Positions 43,908 through 58,500 are shown, counted from the stretch's first letter. The stretch is 64,000 nucleotides of DNA from Eimeria praecox (GCA_963920595.1 OY986947.1:4402001-4466000), one strand, 5' to 3'. A program made the numbers and translations. The notes: generated by a model from the letters alone, not told the origin.

Positions 43908-45267
43908 GACAGACAGAGACTCGTGGCCTGAGTTGAGGCAGCCTCACATTTCAACGAAGTTGGCGAAGTAGGATACTTGACACAGACAGGTGCATATTGT
44001 CATCCATTTCATCCATACGGATCACCTCTGCAAGCAACGCACTTTTATTAAATCCTAAATCGCTCATAATTGCTCTACGATCAGTTAAGAGTAGCTAGGC
44101 TAAAAAACAAATTTTAGAACAGCGACGGAGACGCTGAACCGAAACAGGCAACTGTAGTTAGTAGAGTTCGCCTCTTCGTTTGTTTCTGCACGTCGCCCAT
44201 ATGCCTTGTAGTTACAGTTTGAAATGCTGTGTAGTCAAAGCTACATGTGGCAAAGTTGTGGTCGCTGTTATATTACTTTTGTATGATTTGCATGCCGTCT
44301 AATCTTTTGCTGTCAGCTACTGCAGCAGCAACGACAGCCCTTGTCAACTCGCAGCCTGCATGCACTAGGTGATGCACTGGATACCCTGTCGGAATGATGT
44401 TACAAAGCCCTGTGATGCCGGCAGCATAAACTGTCGCGGTGCAATGTTTGATAAGGTTAGGCCGCCCAAAGAAGCGCTGGCTAGCAAGCATCCGCCACGA
44501 ACCATTGGCGGGTAAACTCTCCTCAATATACTCTCCATTTTTATTCTGTTTGGGCTCACACTTAACGGCTAATAGGCCGCTATGCAGTTTCGGCTTCACA
44601 CGTACGCACATGTTCATATCCCGAGAACCACACAACCGACGAACTGATAAACAAGAACCCCAACGCACCCCAGCAGCCGTATGCGTATGCCAACGCACCC
44701 CAGCAGCCGTATGCTTGCTCGCTGTATTCCCCCTGTGTTGCAAAAAATGTGGTGTACACAAAAGCCAGATTTTTTTAAGTCGCCAGACACAGCGCTGAAG
44801 CTGCATGAGCTCGTTCAGGACGGAGGCAACGGCTGAGCGGATGAGAAGTGCAGACGCTGGCAGAAAGTACAACCTTCCCACTTGACTGGAGGCATAGAGT
44901 AGTTCTGCTTTCCCCTTGGTAGGGTGGTTTTGAGTGAGTGCGCTAGCCACAAAGAGATTTACACCACTGGCAGCTTTGCATGCGTGGTAATACGCCTAGT
45001 AAAAGCTCACATTGTATACATGCTTTTCAGTGCCTGTTCCCCTTACAAGCCCAGCAAAAGCCTACATTTTACATATGCTTTTCAGTGCCTGTTGTTCCCC
45101 TCCCGTTATGGTGGAACCACCTGCAGGCTCGATGCCTGAATGACCGGGAGTGGTTCATGTCTACCAGTGCAGGGAGTGTAGTGCGCAACGCTATAATGTT
45201 ATGCGAAAACCACTTCACGAGGTTAAACGAATCAGACAAATAACAATTATTGTTAATTTAGGAGTAA

Positions 45268-45548
45268 GCCACACAAGGAAACTTAGCTCCAAGGCGGCGT
45301 AGGGTTAAGGCGTAATCCAGTTCGGCCAAGGACTTCGGGCTAGCAGGCCACTGGCAAACCGGGGGAGTTCTTTCCCCGGGGGCGAGGCAATCCTTTCCAT
45401 TCAGAGAAAGAGACTTTAGGAAAGATGTCGTAGGCGTTCTAATGTTCTTTTCGGTGTCTTTAGTGATTAGAGAGTGAAAGGCGCTTTAGACACCTTGTAG
45501 GGGAGAATACCGGGTTGGGCCCAGCTCACTACCGGAAGCCTGTGTGGC
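45268..45548 (+). ncRNA. Candidate structured non-coding RNA / cis-element of unknown family
   Basis: A terminal helix GCCACACA(A)GG/CCTGTGTGGC encloses several internal hairpins whose G-U pairs work on the + strand. Intergenic, with no ORF in the track. Confidence 0.4.
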
Positions 45549-46106
45549 AGACCAGTCATGGGCCAGCGTTTCCCGTAGAAATACCTGACGAAGAGAGCTT
45601 ATGCATCTGTTAAATGTTTGTTTGTACACTCCATATTTAAATTACATGGCCTAGAGAATAATAAGCTTTTTTTGGTCCCGTTCGTTAACCGGCGGACCAC
45701 TCCCAGAAGGGAGGACCTCGCGGGAGACTCAAGTCCCATTCCTTCGAATTTCAGCTTTTAGGCATTTTAAGCCAATTTCCTGACTGCGGCTGCATGTTTC
45801 TGCATGAAGACGATCAAGTGGGAGGCGGATTTGCGGAAACGAGGAGCTCAGTCCTAGCTCCCCTCCCAGCCTGCTGCATACACTGCACGCGTTCGTGTAT
45901 GTGCAGGCAACCAACACAACTTGCCAGACACACAAGGTAGACAGATGCACAGCATGATTACGCGTTGGTGCTGAGCAAGCTGAAGAGATCACTCAAATTG
46001 TGTTGACGGCCAACACATTCACGAACTCGTGCCGTGTATGCAAGACATACCAAGCAAGGATGCATGGGGGCCCTTAAAGCAATAGAAGCCGGTTCTCTGT
46101 GCCGCC

Positions 46107-49100
46107 ATGGATCCAGATCACGAGGACATCTCGCAGCTGCGAGTTGCAGCGAAGAAAAACTTGAACGAGGAAATTCTTGGGGACAAAATCAGCGAGCCTG
46201 AAGGGGACGATGATGAAGCTGTTGAGGAACCGAAAGGCGTCCAACTGTTTGACTTTGACGCCTACGGAAGGAAAATTGGAAAACAAAAGGTTAGACAAAG
46301 ATATGCTTGAAGATAGTCATCTACAAATAGCGGTAGAGAGTCATGGAAACTGGCTGCCCACGTGTTGTAGGCTTGACCAACCTACCACAAATCAGTTCGA
46401 GCTCTTCCTGTGCAAATCTCCCACAGATTACTGGACAACAGTGTCTTACACCTCATTTGCACTTGGCTAGCACGTGTTTCTTGATTTGCTAGTGAGCGAG
46501 TTTAGAACGAAACTCCCGTACGCAGGTGCGCCGTTTCCTCAGTACCAAGCCACATTCGGAAGCTCAAGCGAAAGCAGCAGCAGCGAAAGCAGCAGCAGCT
46601 CAGAGAGCAGCAGCAGCACAAGCAGCAGCAGCAGTGAGAGCTCGGGTACTTTTGAGTTTGACGATGAGGACTTTGAAGAAATTGACCGCGTGAGTTGCTG
46701 CATTACGCTCTCCACATCACCAGATCAAGTGCCACGGCTTTTGGGCATACAAGTTGCGCAGCCACAGTATTCATAATCCTTGCTGCTGCAACTGTTAGAT
46801 ATTTTACTGCAAAGGGCCCTTTCTTCTGTGTGCCACAGCTGCGGCGGGATCGGCGGGCGAAGGCGTTAGACCCCATGGACAGGCGCCGGATGTGGGAGTC
46901 ATCATTTTTCATTAACTCCTTCATGAACCTCGAGACAAAGGAACAATACTTCTTTTACTCTATCACTTTTGGGCACGTTAATAGGTAAGACTGAATGTGC
47001 TCCCTCGCCTTTTGCTCCTATGCTCATTCATTTCAGGTCGATGCCTCTCGGAGTTCGCAGTGGCTTATTAGAAACTCTCTGCGGTTCCTAAAGTTCACTG
47101 TCTATAGCTCAAAGTTGCAAGCAAATCCTTTGTGCTGAGAAACTCTCAGGAAAAGAGTAATCCGTGGTTCCCTACGCCGTCGCTTCCTGTATACGCCGGG
47201 CTACAGGTTGGGTCCCGGAGAGTACCGTCCTTTGGCAGCTCCTTTGGTTGTTTGGCCTTTGAAGGTCTTCTTGCTCCCATACAACCAGCTCCATAACTTT
47301 TGCATTACTGTGGAGCAGTGGAAGATAAGCGACTTCTCGTTTAATAGTCTCTATGCCACAGCCCGACTCACCCTAAAGGAAATAATTGACATGGAGCCAG
47401 AGTTCCAGCTCCTCCTGAAACGCAAACTCCCCGGCAGCAAACGCAGTTACGAAGTGCACAAGATGCGGGTAAGTATATCTGGACAGGCAGGACACATTTA
47501 ATTAGTCGTCACTCGCTCTTTCCTATATCAGTGAAAGGGTTGCGTGTATGCGGCACAGTTCTGCGGGTTTGCCTTTTTCATTGATTTGCTCGTTAATGAT
47601 TGCTTCACAACTCTGACGCTTTCAGGTTTCTCTTCAACTGAATGAGGTGTTTGACATCGACATGGTCTTCGACAGTTGGTGGTTTCTACCTGACAAGAAA
47701 ATGCCTCCGAAGCTTCAGCAGCACCCCAAGGCACTCTCTCTCAACGTCCCAGTTCAGGGAAGGTACGAATGGACCATGCATTTCCAATTGTCTCATTTGC
47801 TTGTGCCGGCGTTATACTTGGATGGCGGTTTTCCTCCTTCCATAATCTTATTTTTGAGCTGCAGCAACGTAGTTCGCTCCACGCACTTGTCTTCATTGTG
47901 GTTTTACCCGTGCATTGCCCTTTGGATGGAGGCTCCAGTGCCGAGTGCGTTGTTCTTCAGATCTATGCAGCGTTCCGTAGCCAGGACGCATACAAGCAAA
48001 AACAACTACTGGTCCTATGCTGGGTTTTTCTCCTTTCGTGGCACGCTTCCTTCGCTTAGTAACCAGTATATAGTTGTAACGGTGAGGCAAACTAAGCCGT
48101 GCATTCCCTTCCACCACGAAAGCACAACTGCCTTTGAAGAGGCAATTCAGAGCAGCATGCACATTTTACGAATATGTTCTTGCGGTAACAGGTGGCCTGT
48201 CAGTTTGAACACCAATGGTATCGGCCCCCGCTACAACTTGGGGTCTGCATCATGTCACTGAAGTCTGTTACGACGTACCCACTTTTTAGGTAAGCCTGCC
48301 TGCACTCGCTTGCAATCATCATACGCCTCCGGCTTGCTAAGCCATAGGCAGATTGTCAACCTTTGCTGTGCTAGTCCTGAAGTGGGCATTTGTGGAGTGA
48401 GGGCTGCGACGGCGTGGTGTTCTACTTACGCGCCTATGGTATACGATGTCGGGCGGATGCGTTTGCGTGCAGGGGAGTCGTTAAGAAACTTACAACTAAT
48501 CCCAGAAAGTTTCAGCAGGGAGAAATTATTGGGAACATTCGATGCTTTGTACGGTCTGTTGGGGTTTTGGGCTACGAGCACGTCCCTATGCGGCCTATGC
48601 AGACCGTCGCAGGCACCGCCCTTGTAACACAGCTGAACTTGAAGGAACAGTATCTCGTCGTGAGGTAGGCGATTCGATCTTCACAGCGATTGCTTGCTCC
48701 GGTGCTCAAAGTTGCGCGTGAGGGCTTGAACGCCTAGCAGTTGCATAGCATTATCTTTCTGCTCTCTCTGTTCCCTCTTCTATGTCTTCTTTCTTTTCTC
48801 CGTCTTCTTTCCCTTCTCCCTCTTCTTCCTTCTCTGCTTTCTTTTCCCTTCCTTCTCTCACTTCTCTATCTCCTCTTTGTTCTTTTTCTTCCCTCCCTTT
48901 GCTCTCTTTTTCTCTTCTCCCTCCCTCTCCCTCTCTTTTCTCTCCCTCTCTTTCTCTCTCCCTTTCTTTCCTTCTTTCCTTCCTATCTTCTTTCCCTCGT
49001 GGCTCTCTGTCTCTCATTGCTGCGGTGTCTTTTCATGTCTCACTCTGTGTCGGCTAGTCCATGCTTGTTTGACTGTCTTTCTGTTTATCTGTCTTTCTGC

Positions 49101-49510
49101 CTGCCCGTAGCCCCTTCCTCTTTGTGTGTGCATGCTCGCTTCCAACAGAGTTTTCAAGTGCGAGAACCTTCCAGTCGCGAATGCTGATTCGTTCAGTTCC
49201 AACCCAATGGTGAAGGTAGGCGACAGATCCTCAGAAGCACCCGCATGGTTTGCTGCCCTTTCGGTGGCCTTTGCAACGACTTGCTAAGAATCCTCTGCTG
49301 TCTAACTGCGATGCTGCTTGATTGCCTTTTAGGTGAAGTGGGATGGTATGGTTAACTCAGGGGCGAGGAGAGAGAATACGCTTCGCCCAGTGTTTAACCA
49401 GAGCTTTTATTTTCCTGTTAGGCTGCTGGATCCAAGGGAAAGGACAAGCCCCCTCTTCCGGAAGGTGGGTAATGTCTACACGTGAAGTCTACAGCTTCTG
49501 CATAGGGCTA

Positions 49511-49552
<42 letters not shown>

Positions 49553-52500
49553 CGGATAGGAGCAACTAACACGAATTTTACACAGCAATGCACTGGCCAA
49601 TGACGTGGGCAATCAGGCACTCGTCGTCCACGTCGCATCACCGCGCGCCTTAACCCTAACCTTTGCTAGTGTACTTCGATAATATTGTTTTAGGGAGATT
49701 ATGCGTTTGTGATGCAGTACACCCTCCCTTTAGATTTGTTTGCAAAAGGCGCGTTATCTTTTGAAGTTTGGGACTCCGACGATACCACGTCTGACTTCTT
49801 GGGGGGGGCAGACATAAGCCTTCACCTTCTCTGGAAGGAAGGGCAGCGAGACACGAGGAGCCTAGCCGTGGTAAGGTCGAAGTGCAGCACGTTGAGGGCA
49901 GCTACCTCATTGACTAGTTTGCGTTGGTCATGCAGTACATGCTGCCACGTTTGTTCGATTTATTTGCAACCACCTAAGGCATAGTTATACTTCAACTACG
50001 AAACAGTGGAATTCTCTAAAAAGATATAGCACTTAAGCGACTGTTTTACCGAGATAGCGCATTATTGTTTATGACCTCAGGGAGTCGAAGAAAGCGATGA
50101 AAAGACTCGATTGCCCGATGGAAGACCAGCAGAGTTCGCAAATCGAGATGATTCCGACTACTCAGGGTTTGGTGAAACTGTTATGCCGGAAGATGACAGA
50201 GTTGTCGTGCCTCCTTACGAATGGCCATATGAGACGTTAGTCCTAAAACGAGTGCTAGGTGAGTACCGAAGGGATGAAGCGCACATGTTTCCATTGAACG
50301 CAGTTAGCGGTTAGAGTGGTTGCACAACTGTGGTGTCATGCTTGAACATTTGTTGCACTCTTCTCTTGTTTTCTAGAACTAAAAGGGTCTACATTGCCAC
50401 AGGTGAGTGGCGATAGGAGTTTACTCTGGTGCGAAGTGTTCTTTATTCCTCCGATGCCTGAAGATGTTGAGATGCCTCCGCAGCCAGTGGTAAGCCACCA
50501 CAGAGAGCTGCAACTACGTCGCATGTTATGCAGCGATTTCGATAAGTATCACTTTTGCAACTGGTTTTAGGGCTTCATAGGCAGGCTGGAGGGAGAGCAT
50601 TTCCTCTGCGTGGTCCTGCATTTTTGTTGCACCTTGCATGCTCTCACTTATGTAGCACTTTCCGTTTACTGTAATTTTCTTGCCCCAGCATTGCAACCAA
50701 ATGCTCTGTGTTTTTGGTGTAGGTTAAAAATTCCAACGATATATGGATGCAGGTTGAGCGCCGATGGAACAAGGATTTCCGGCGGTGGCAGAAGATGTAT
50801 TTGCAGTGGTTCCCTGAGGCACCGAAAGATAGAAGGTTTGTGAGTGTAGCAGAGCATTCACAAAGCCGCCTTATCTTCCCGCTGCCGTCATTTGTGGTGC
50901 CTATTGCTGTGCCAGCCCAACTGGCTGTGGAGGGCGAGCTGCTGCACTGGCTGGGTAACATCGCATATCTGTTCTCCCCAAAGCAGCTACGAGACGGGGA
51001 GTTCCAGAGGTGGCAAAGCCCGGCCTCCCTCCTGACTACTAGGAGGGGCGGAGTGAACGATCATGCCGTCCTACTTTGTAGCTGCCTACTTGGGCTGGAG
51101 TACGACGCATATGTCTGCAAAGGTCAGCAACAGTCCTCTGAAAGTATAGTGCATGCACTGGCGTTTATGAAGCTGGTATACTGCGCAGTAGCTCCAGTGC
51201 AGAGCCATAAGAACCTGGGTTGCCCTCTGTTTTTCCTATTTCCTTCTGCCGTCTCCTCCCGGTTTGCTGCTCTTTTTCATTAAGGTATTATTAACTGTCG
51301 TCAATTTTGTTTGGCTCCTCTCCTTCGGCATCAACAGCGCAAGCATATCTCGACCTTGTTGGGTGTGCGTTGCTCAGGAACCATTGATGGATATGCTACA
51401 GACCACGCTTGGGTCATGACTCGTCACGCTGGCGGATGGGTGATGTTTTGGGAACCGACGAACCGGAAGCGCTACTGCCTCCCATATCGGTAATCACGGA
51501 TTCCTTGCAGGAGGCCTGAAATATTATTCAGTCTAAACTTAGTTCAGCACTCTGTAAAGCACTTGGGCCCGATAGCTGGGTTATGACTATCGGCATATCC
51601 ACTTGCCTTAGTTAAGAATAATGCACGGGGCGGTTTTGTGGTCTTTCCTTGTTTAGGTGGGGTTATCCATCGAAAGGGCCCCCGGAGAACTTCAAGCCGA
51701 AAGTGAGCCTAATAACAGCCTGAGACTCACCGCCTGAGGTTATGTGCTCGTTGTCCGTGTTGGTATTGTTTTGAAGCATATCCGTAGCTCTGATTTGTAA
51801 TAATATTATGCTGCTTTGGATTGTAGGAATCACTGGAAGAGGCCGCCGAAAAATACTGGGAGGGAACTTACCTTGAAGAGTGGTTTGCGTGGATTGAGGT
51901 TTGTCTCGTCCCACTTAAAATGCGTGCAGCACACACACGGGTTTAGGAGGTACTGGCAGGTTGGCACGCTGCATGCAGAACCTACAAATTTAGCTATGTG
52001 CACTGTCGGGCAAGTACCATGCTACTTGATTACTTCTTTGCAGTGTGGACACTGAGCAATTGGCCTCTTGGCAATGCTGTGTCAGGAATACTGGTAGTTG
52101 AATTGGCTTTTACTGGCGCTGTTGAGCTTTGTGACCTGTACAGTCTCAAGCAGCAGCCGCTGCTGATGCTGCTCGCATGGCCGCAGAAGGGGCAACTATC
52201 CCTGATTCTGAAATATGGGGGGAAGATGTGGCTCCCGATGAGAGACTAGACCCAAGCGTTGTTGTGTTGGAGGAGGGAGGCCTTGTGACAGAGGCGAGCT
52301 CTTCTGGGAAAGCTAAACGGATAGTGGAGAAGGTCGACAAGGCGGAGCTCAGGAAGATGATGCAAGAACAGCTCGACAAGCTCCCCATTACCCCTGCCAA
52401 GGTTCGCCTCTAACATTTTTTGCTGAAGTTTTGCTTTAGCCTTAAGGAATTCGTGAAGCCAGTCTTAGCACGTTTCCTTCTGCAGGGCACAGCTTGTTGT

Positions 52501-55500
52501 GAAAGCTTTCCCCTCTCTGTCTGCGTAGCACAGAGCACTAACATCATGAAGAAAGCTCAAGAAGCACCCCTCCTTTTGCCATCTTACGCGTGCCAGCTAG
52601 TCTAGAATATGCAGAAGTAGCTGCTTGCTTGCAGAGCTTTCCATGAATGCGGTTTTGTCGAATACGACTGCTTGTGATACAGGATTTGCTGAAGCCCGAC
52701 TCTTCTCTTTCCTATGTTCCATACAGCTCTATTGAGGTTGTGTTCAACAATTTTCAGCTCTGGGGAAATTTGCAAAACCTCCACCCAGCATGCATCACAT
52801 ATGACTTGGACGATCTGTGGAAGTGGCGGCCACTACTCACCGAGCCCGCAGATCCCATTGAAACTGATATAATCATTGCGACACCTATTCGTGACACGAA
52901 GTGGTGAGGATTCACTGGACTGTTAATTTGCCATGCACAGGGCTCTTTCTCTGCAGCTTCTTCTCTTTTGATTTTTGTGCGTGTGAACCGAAGGGGTTTT
53001 AGATGATGTAAAAGCTTAATTGGCAGGACAGCAACATAAAAATCTGTTTCACCTGGCTAGCTAGTGATATCCGGAATTTTCGATTTGTGTTCTCAGTCAG
53101 CTGCTTGCTGAAGACCTCGTCGGGAATGTAGTGGAGCACATTCGCATGCAGCGCATTAAGAATGGCAACGATGTTTCCTTTGAGCATCGAGAAGAAATGC
53201 TGTCTAAGCTAACTTTTTATTTGGACCTTCTAGAATTCAGGTGGGTAATGAACTGAAGCTGCGACTTGCACAAATGCATGCCTCTACTGCATATGTCTCC
53301 CAATTGCGTCCCCGCGTCGAACTTTCTAGCCTAATTGAAATGTTCATTTTCTTTGCGGTGGACAGTGCTAGCGCCAGTGTAACAACGAGTTTAGCTGATT
53401 GAAACTGCTTGCGCACCAGGCTTCATCTTGACGAAGCTCACAACCCGGGGCCACCGGCTAATCATATTGGTTGGTCAAGTTTCCCAGAAGAAATGGCGGA
53501 TGCGAATGCCTCTGCACGAGCTGACTATGACTTTTTTGACGCCGTACAAGCTTCGAATGTAGCAAAATCCGGGGATGAAGTGGAACCAGACCCGGTTATT
53601 CAAGGTGTACGCTGCTGCATTTTGTTTAGAATGAATTTTTGCACGGGAGGTGGCTTATGATTGGATGTGGAATGCTTCTCCGCAGTTTGCACTGCGTAGG
53701 GAGGCTATGCGGCTTGCAACATTGGACGATTGATGGTCGGTGCTGGTGCGTGAGTTGCATTTGCAGGCGCTGCAAATGATGGGTGACGGATATAATGATT
53801 TCCAGGATATATTTGCAGCCGACCCTCCGCCAGGAGGGTTCTATGACCCGTTTACTGTAACAGGAGAGGGGACTTACGTTGCGCCGGAAGTGAGGCTTAT
53901 CTTGAGAACACGCTTGTGAATTCTCACCAGCTTCCCTGCCAGTTTCGCCGAATGAGTTCATTGTTCTGCTCTGGAACATCTTGGCTCCCGTTTAAACCTA
54001 CTCTCTTTAAGAATATATATGCTCATCACAGTAGATGATGCTGTTTGTGTACGCACGACCTACAGGATGCCGTGCGCCTCGGAGGCCAACAAGGAGGCTA
54101 TTTACACTTGCAGACGCCCACCACTCCTTCGGGCCCGCCTGTCTATCAAGTACCGCTCAATCCTGTGGATGCCGCTACTGCGGCCATGGTAGATTACGAC
54201 GCAGAACAACGTCGCGCCGAACAAGAGGAAGCAAGGTTAGTAAAAGGGTATATGGCTGGAGGAGGCCAAGGTGGATGGTTCAACGGAGCAAAGAAAGCTG
54301 GTGGGGGAGACCAGGTTGCCCCATCAGGCCTCCGCTTCAGTGCTGAGCCTCAAATTGCTGCAAGTATCCCATACAGATCGTGCAGCAGCGCTTCCTTCGA
54401 ACTGCGTGGGAAAACAGGTTGCGCAAAAGGGCAGCACCCGACAGAAGCGCGCCGCAGGAGAGCTGGTAATGGAGCGAAAAGGCGGAAAGGAACTAAGCGT
54501 CGCATGCTAAAGGCACTGCAGTGCATGTTGCAACGAGCGGCTGCAGAGGGCTTCCGCCTCTTGCAGGCTGCAACGAAACAGCAACGTGAGGGCAAAGCAA
54601 CAGCTGAGAACCGGTCATTCATTGCGGGCAGCACTGCGGCGGCGGCGGCTGCAGCGAGTGGCAGTAATTTCTGCAGCAGAGACGCCTGTACATTTCCAGC
54701 AGCGGGGAATTTCCCGACTAAGTCGGCCAAGGCAGAATCAATGAAGGGAGGGGTTTCGGTAGAGAAGGTCCAAGGACAAGACAGCACCACGCAGTTGTTG
54801 CAAAGCTTAGCCCAGTGCTCCCAGGAGCTTGCCAAGGAGTTGGACGAGCACATTCGCAACTCACGAGGGCATACGTTCCCTTCCGCCAAGACACTTCTAC
54901 TTCCTCGGGTGAAACGCCGTGCTCTGCTGCCTTGGCGGCGCTTGGCGGCCTCCGGAAAGAAGCAGGAGCAGAAACAGAAACAAGACAAGAGGCAGCACCA
55001 GCAAGGTCAGCCCACCATGTCATGGGCAGGCCGTAAGCAGCCACCTCACACCCATGCTAGCAGTACAAGGAATTTATTTGGGTCTGTGACTCCGAGTGAG
55101 GAAATGAATGAGAAGAAGCACGCGCAGCTGCTTCTGAAGGAAGAACTGAGGCGCAGGGTATACGAGCAGATGGAAGCCCGTGCTGCCAATCTGCAGGCAC
55201 AGCAGGCCAACTCCCAGGCAGCTGAAATCGGGGCGTCAGTTGAAAACGGAGGATGGCCTCTAACAACGCATTTGCGATTTTCCAAGATGGGATTTGGCAG
55301 CAATCCCCCATCCAGTCATGGCTCATATGACACTGCACCGGAAGACGAATCCTCAGATTCGGCTCCGACTGAGGCATACGTTTCTCTGAGCAGCAGTTCT
55401 AGAAGCAGTAGCAGAAGCGGCAGCAGCAGAAGAAGCGGCAGCAGCAAAGCAAGCACTGAAGGTGAACTTGTGGAAAAATTATTTAACAATCATACAGATG

Positions 55501-58500
55501 AAGAGCCGAAGAAGCATCGGCATCCCACAGGCCAAGGTAACGACCGCAGCAGAAGCAGTAGTATTGCAACCGGTGAAACGGCCGCCCGGTGCGCCAAAGA
55601 GGAACTTGCATCTGAAACATCAACAGGCTCAACGGCGAGTGACCAAACAACATTTGGCGGGCTTGGCAAATCGGGCAGAAGGGAGTACAGAAATGCTGGA
55701 TTTCAGTGGCTCGCAGGATACTCTGCAGAGCAACAAAGCAGACAACTCGAGACAGCATGCCGGCGACGAAGACCACACGTTGCCGTTGCGATGGCCCCCT
55801 CTGTTGGGACGCCCCCGCAACAGCAGTTGGAAGAGGCTGAGGACTTTCACAAATCAAGGAAGATGGCTCAGAATCATTCGCCTCCAGTAACACAGCCCGT
55901 ATCTGCAAAAGGAAGCGTGGCAGGGTCACCAGAAAGTGCTGACCTTGAAGCGCAACACGCTGGGTCCGTGAGCGAAAGTGGTACTCTTGACTCGCTGCCC
56001 GATAGTGACATCTGCGAACCTTCAGCGGCCTGCCAGCGTGATCAAGAGCTCCCACTACTCGTTTTTCCTCCTCTCACGACGCTCAAAAGGCGCGCTCGGA
56101 CCAGCAGCAACAACAGCAACGGCACCGCCAGTAGAGCCAGCAGCTGCGAGACGATTGCCGCACTTATTGGGTCCCTTGCTCCAGCAAGAACTACAGAAGC
56201 TACAGGCCATATCCAGATGCATTCTAGAGAAATAAAGCCGAAAAATGCCATTGCAGTGGAGGAGCCAACGAACACGGGAAGGCGTTCAAACGAATGCCAC
56301 CCTGTACCTGCAGAAAATACAGAAGAAGTACCTCCGTCGATGGCGGGTGGGGGGTCGAAGGGAGGAATATCTGCGCGAATGCAACAAGCTTACGCCACGT
56401 CCCTGCGGCGGGCAAGAAATTCTCTGCTCTCAGGCAACATGCGCCACGCAACAGCCACTCTGTTGTCCTCAAAGAACACAAAGGATTCAGCTAAAGCGAC
56501 GGCAGCCTCACTAACAGCACTGGCAAACCCTGATGCAAACCCTTCGCATGTTTGCACTGAATTACAAGCGCTTGTGCGTAGAACGAATGGCAGCAGCGGC
56601 GCCAGCTGCAGCAACTGTTGCAGCAATCATGCTGCCCTCGAGAACCCTGCAGTTGGGTCACTGAACGACTTGTCAGATTCTATTAAACCAGCAGAAGTAT
56701 CTTCACTGGAAAATTCACCTCATTGTACTAAAGGAACAGCCTGTGAGAGGCTTCCCGTGGAAGCATCTGCGGGGGCAAACGAAAAGAAGGAGTTTATGAC
56801 CGCCAAAGAACACGGAATGATGCTGGATATTGACTATGACCAGGCCAATCAGAATTGGAATCCCGCCAGAAACATCGGATCTGGCCCACCCGTAAGTAGG
56901 AGCTCAGAGTGTATGATCCTTGGCAAGTGCATAGGCACCGCATGGGTGCATGAAACGCTAGGGAGCATTCGGATTTGTTGGATAGCTCACCTTTAATCGT
57001 GTGGCATGCTTCCTGCTGTAGCCGGCCCCCGAAGGAATGGTGTACAACCCGCTTACAGGCGTCAACGAATACAATTACGCTGTAACAACCACAGGAGGAC
57101 AGGTGAGGAGGCTTTCCCCCCTAGATATCATCCCATTTCCATCCTATAAGTTGCCACTGCAGGTGTCCCGCATCCCTCCCACTAGTTCGTTCTCCTAGTT
57201 AGAGTTAGAATGTTCAGGGGGTCGGCGGCTTGCGTCTCTGTGCAGCCATACGGAAATATGGCACTGGGAGCCATCCAGCAGATATCCCCTGTGGGTCCTG
57301 TCCCAGTAGGCCAAGGTAGGTATTCCCTGTAGCAAGGGTTTGCTCACCTTTGCTCTGTAGGCGCTGGCATCCGCCGCAAGTCAGCCTGTCAGCCTTCGTC
57401 GCTTCGTAGGATTGTTTCCCTTTGGGGGTCTCTCGACTTCACGCTGCATTGACGCGTACACATTTATTGATGGAAGTGCAAGCCCCCCAGCTCTTGCGCC
57501 TCTTTGCCTGCTTGTGCTACAGGCAGACTTGCAGATGTCAAGCACCATGGCGCGTATCGTTTTAATCCAACTACAGGGGAACGGGAATATGTTGATGGCG
57601 GAGGTGCTTCCACGATTATTCACTATTTCTGCAGGGTTTTGTACGAGCTTGGTTTGTTTGGGTGCCTTTTGTTGAAGGAATGCTCTGCGTTTTCTGAGTT
57701 TGACGGGTGATTTGCGAGCAGGGATGGATCGTGTCAGGCAGTTTGGTGCGACAGATTTCATCGATTCCGCGGTGTCCGCTCGGCCTAACATTAAGGCAGA
57801 TGGCTTGCCTGAAGGCTTTGACATGAACTACGCAAGACAGAAATACGAAGCGGGTGTTCCCGCAGGTAATACCTTAACCGTTTAATCGTCTTTAATGCGT
57901 AATACCATCTGCCTATTGTATTTGCCTCTCACATCAGTCCACTTCGAGCAAGAGTACTCAACATCAGACCAGCAGCACTTGTTGTGCACACAGGTAGGGA
58001 CCCCCTAATACGGGGAGGAGAGAGAGATGCGGAGGCCCTGCAGCTTGAGGCAGAGGCGAAGCTGCTGGACGTTGATCCATACGGGGAGCTTCTTGAACCG
58101 CCCAAATTACCTGCAAAGGAATATGCAACTTTTGATGGAGGAGTAGATCTTGTTAAAATGGGATTGGCGTCTGGGGGACAGACGAGGAAAGTTATCAAGA
58201 AGAACGATGGCACAGAACCATCGGTTCAGCAGGAAGCTGGTGACGCAAGTCCTGAAGTCCCAGAGGCAAGTTTGGGCCACTTTTTGCATGCATCATTTGC
58301 TGGTTGCGTTTAATATGTATATCGCATCATCTTGTAGAGGCCTCACGAAAAGCACGCTCCTTGGAACAGGGATAATCTTTTCTGGTATATGTCGATGGCT
58401 GACCCGACGGACGAGCACAACGGCGGAAAAGAGCCAATAATCTCACGGTTTCACAAAAAAGACGCATGGAGAGGTTTAGCATGCGCGTGCCAGGAAATTG

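Noticed and set aside
44273..44950. 225-codon minus-strand ORF as a gene or retroelement remnant
   Set aside because: Non-ATG start and no recognisable gag, protease, RT or integrase motif.
45300..45308. Telomerase RNA template (TAACCCTA on the minus strand)
   Set aside because: It would template TTAGGG rather than the TTTAGGG seen in this genome, it is only 8 nt, and the hairpin G-U pairs favour the + strand.
45578..45600. Hammerhead ribozyme core (GAAA...CTGACGA)
   Set aside because: The required stems and spacing cannot be built.
54350..56626. Several antisense and alternative-frame ORFs
   Set aside because: Shadows of the long GC-rich + strand exon.
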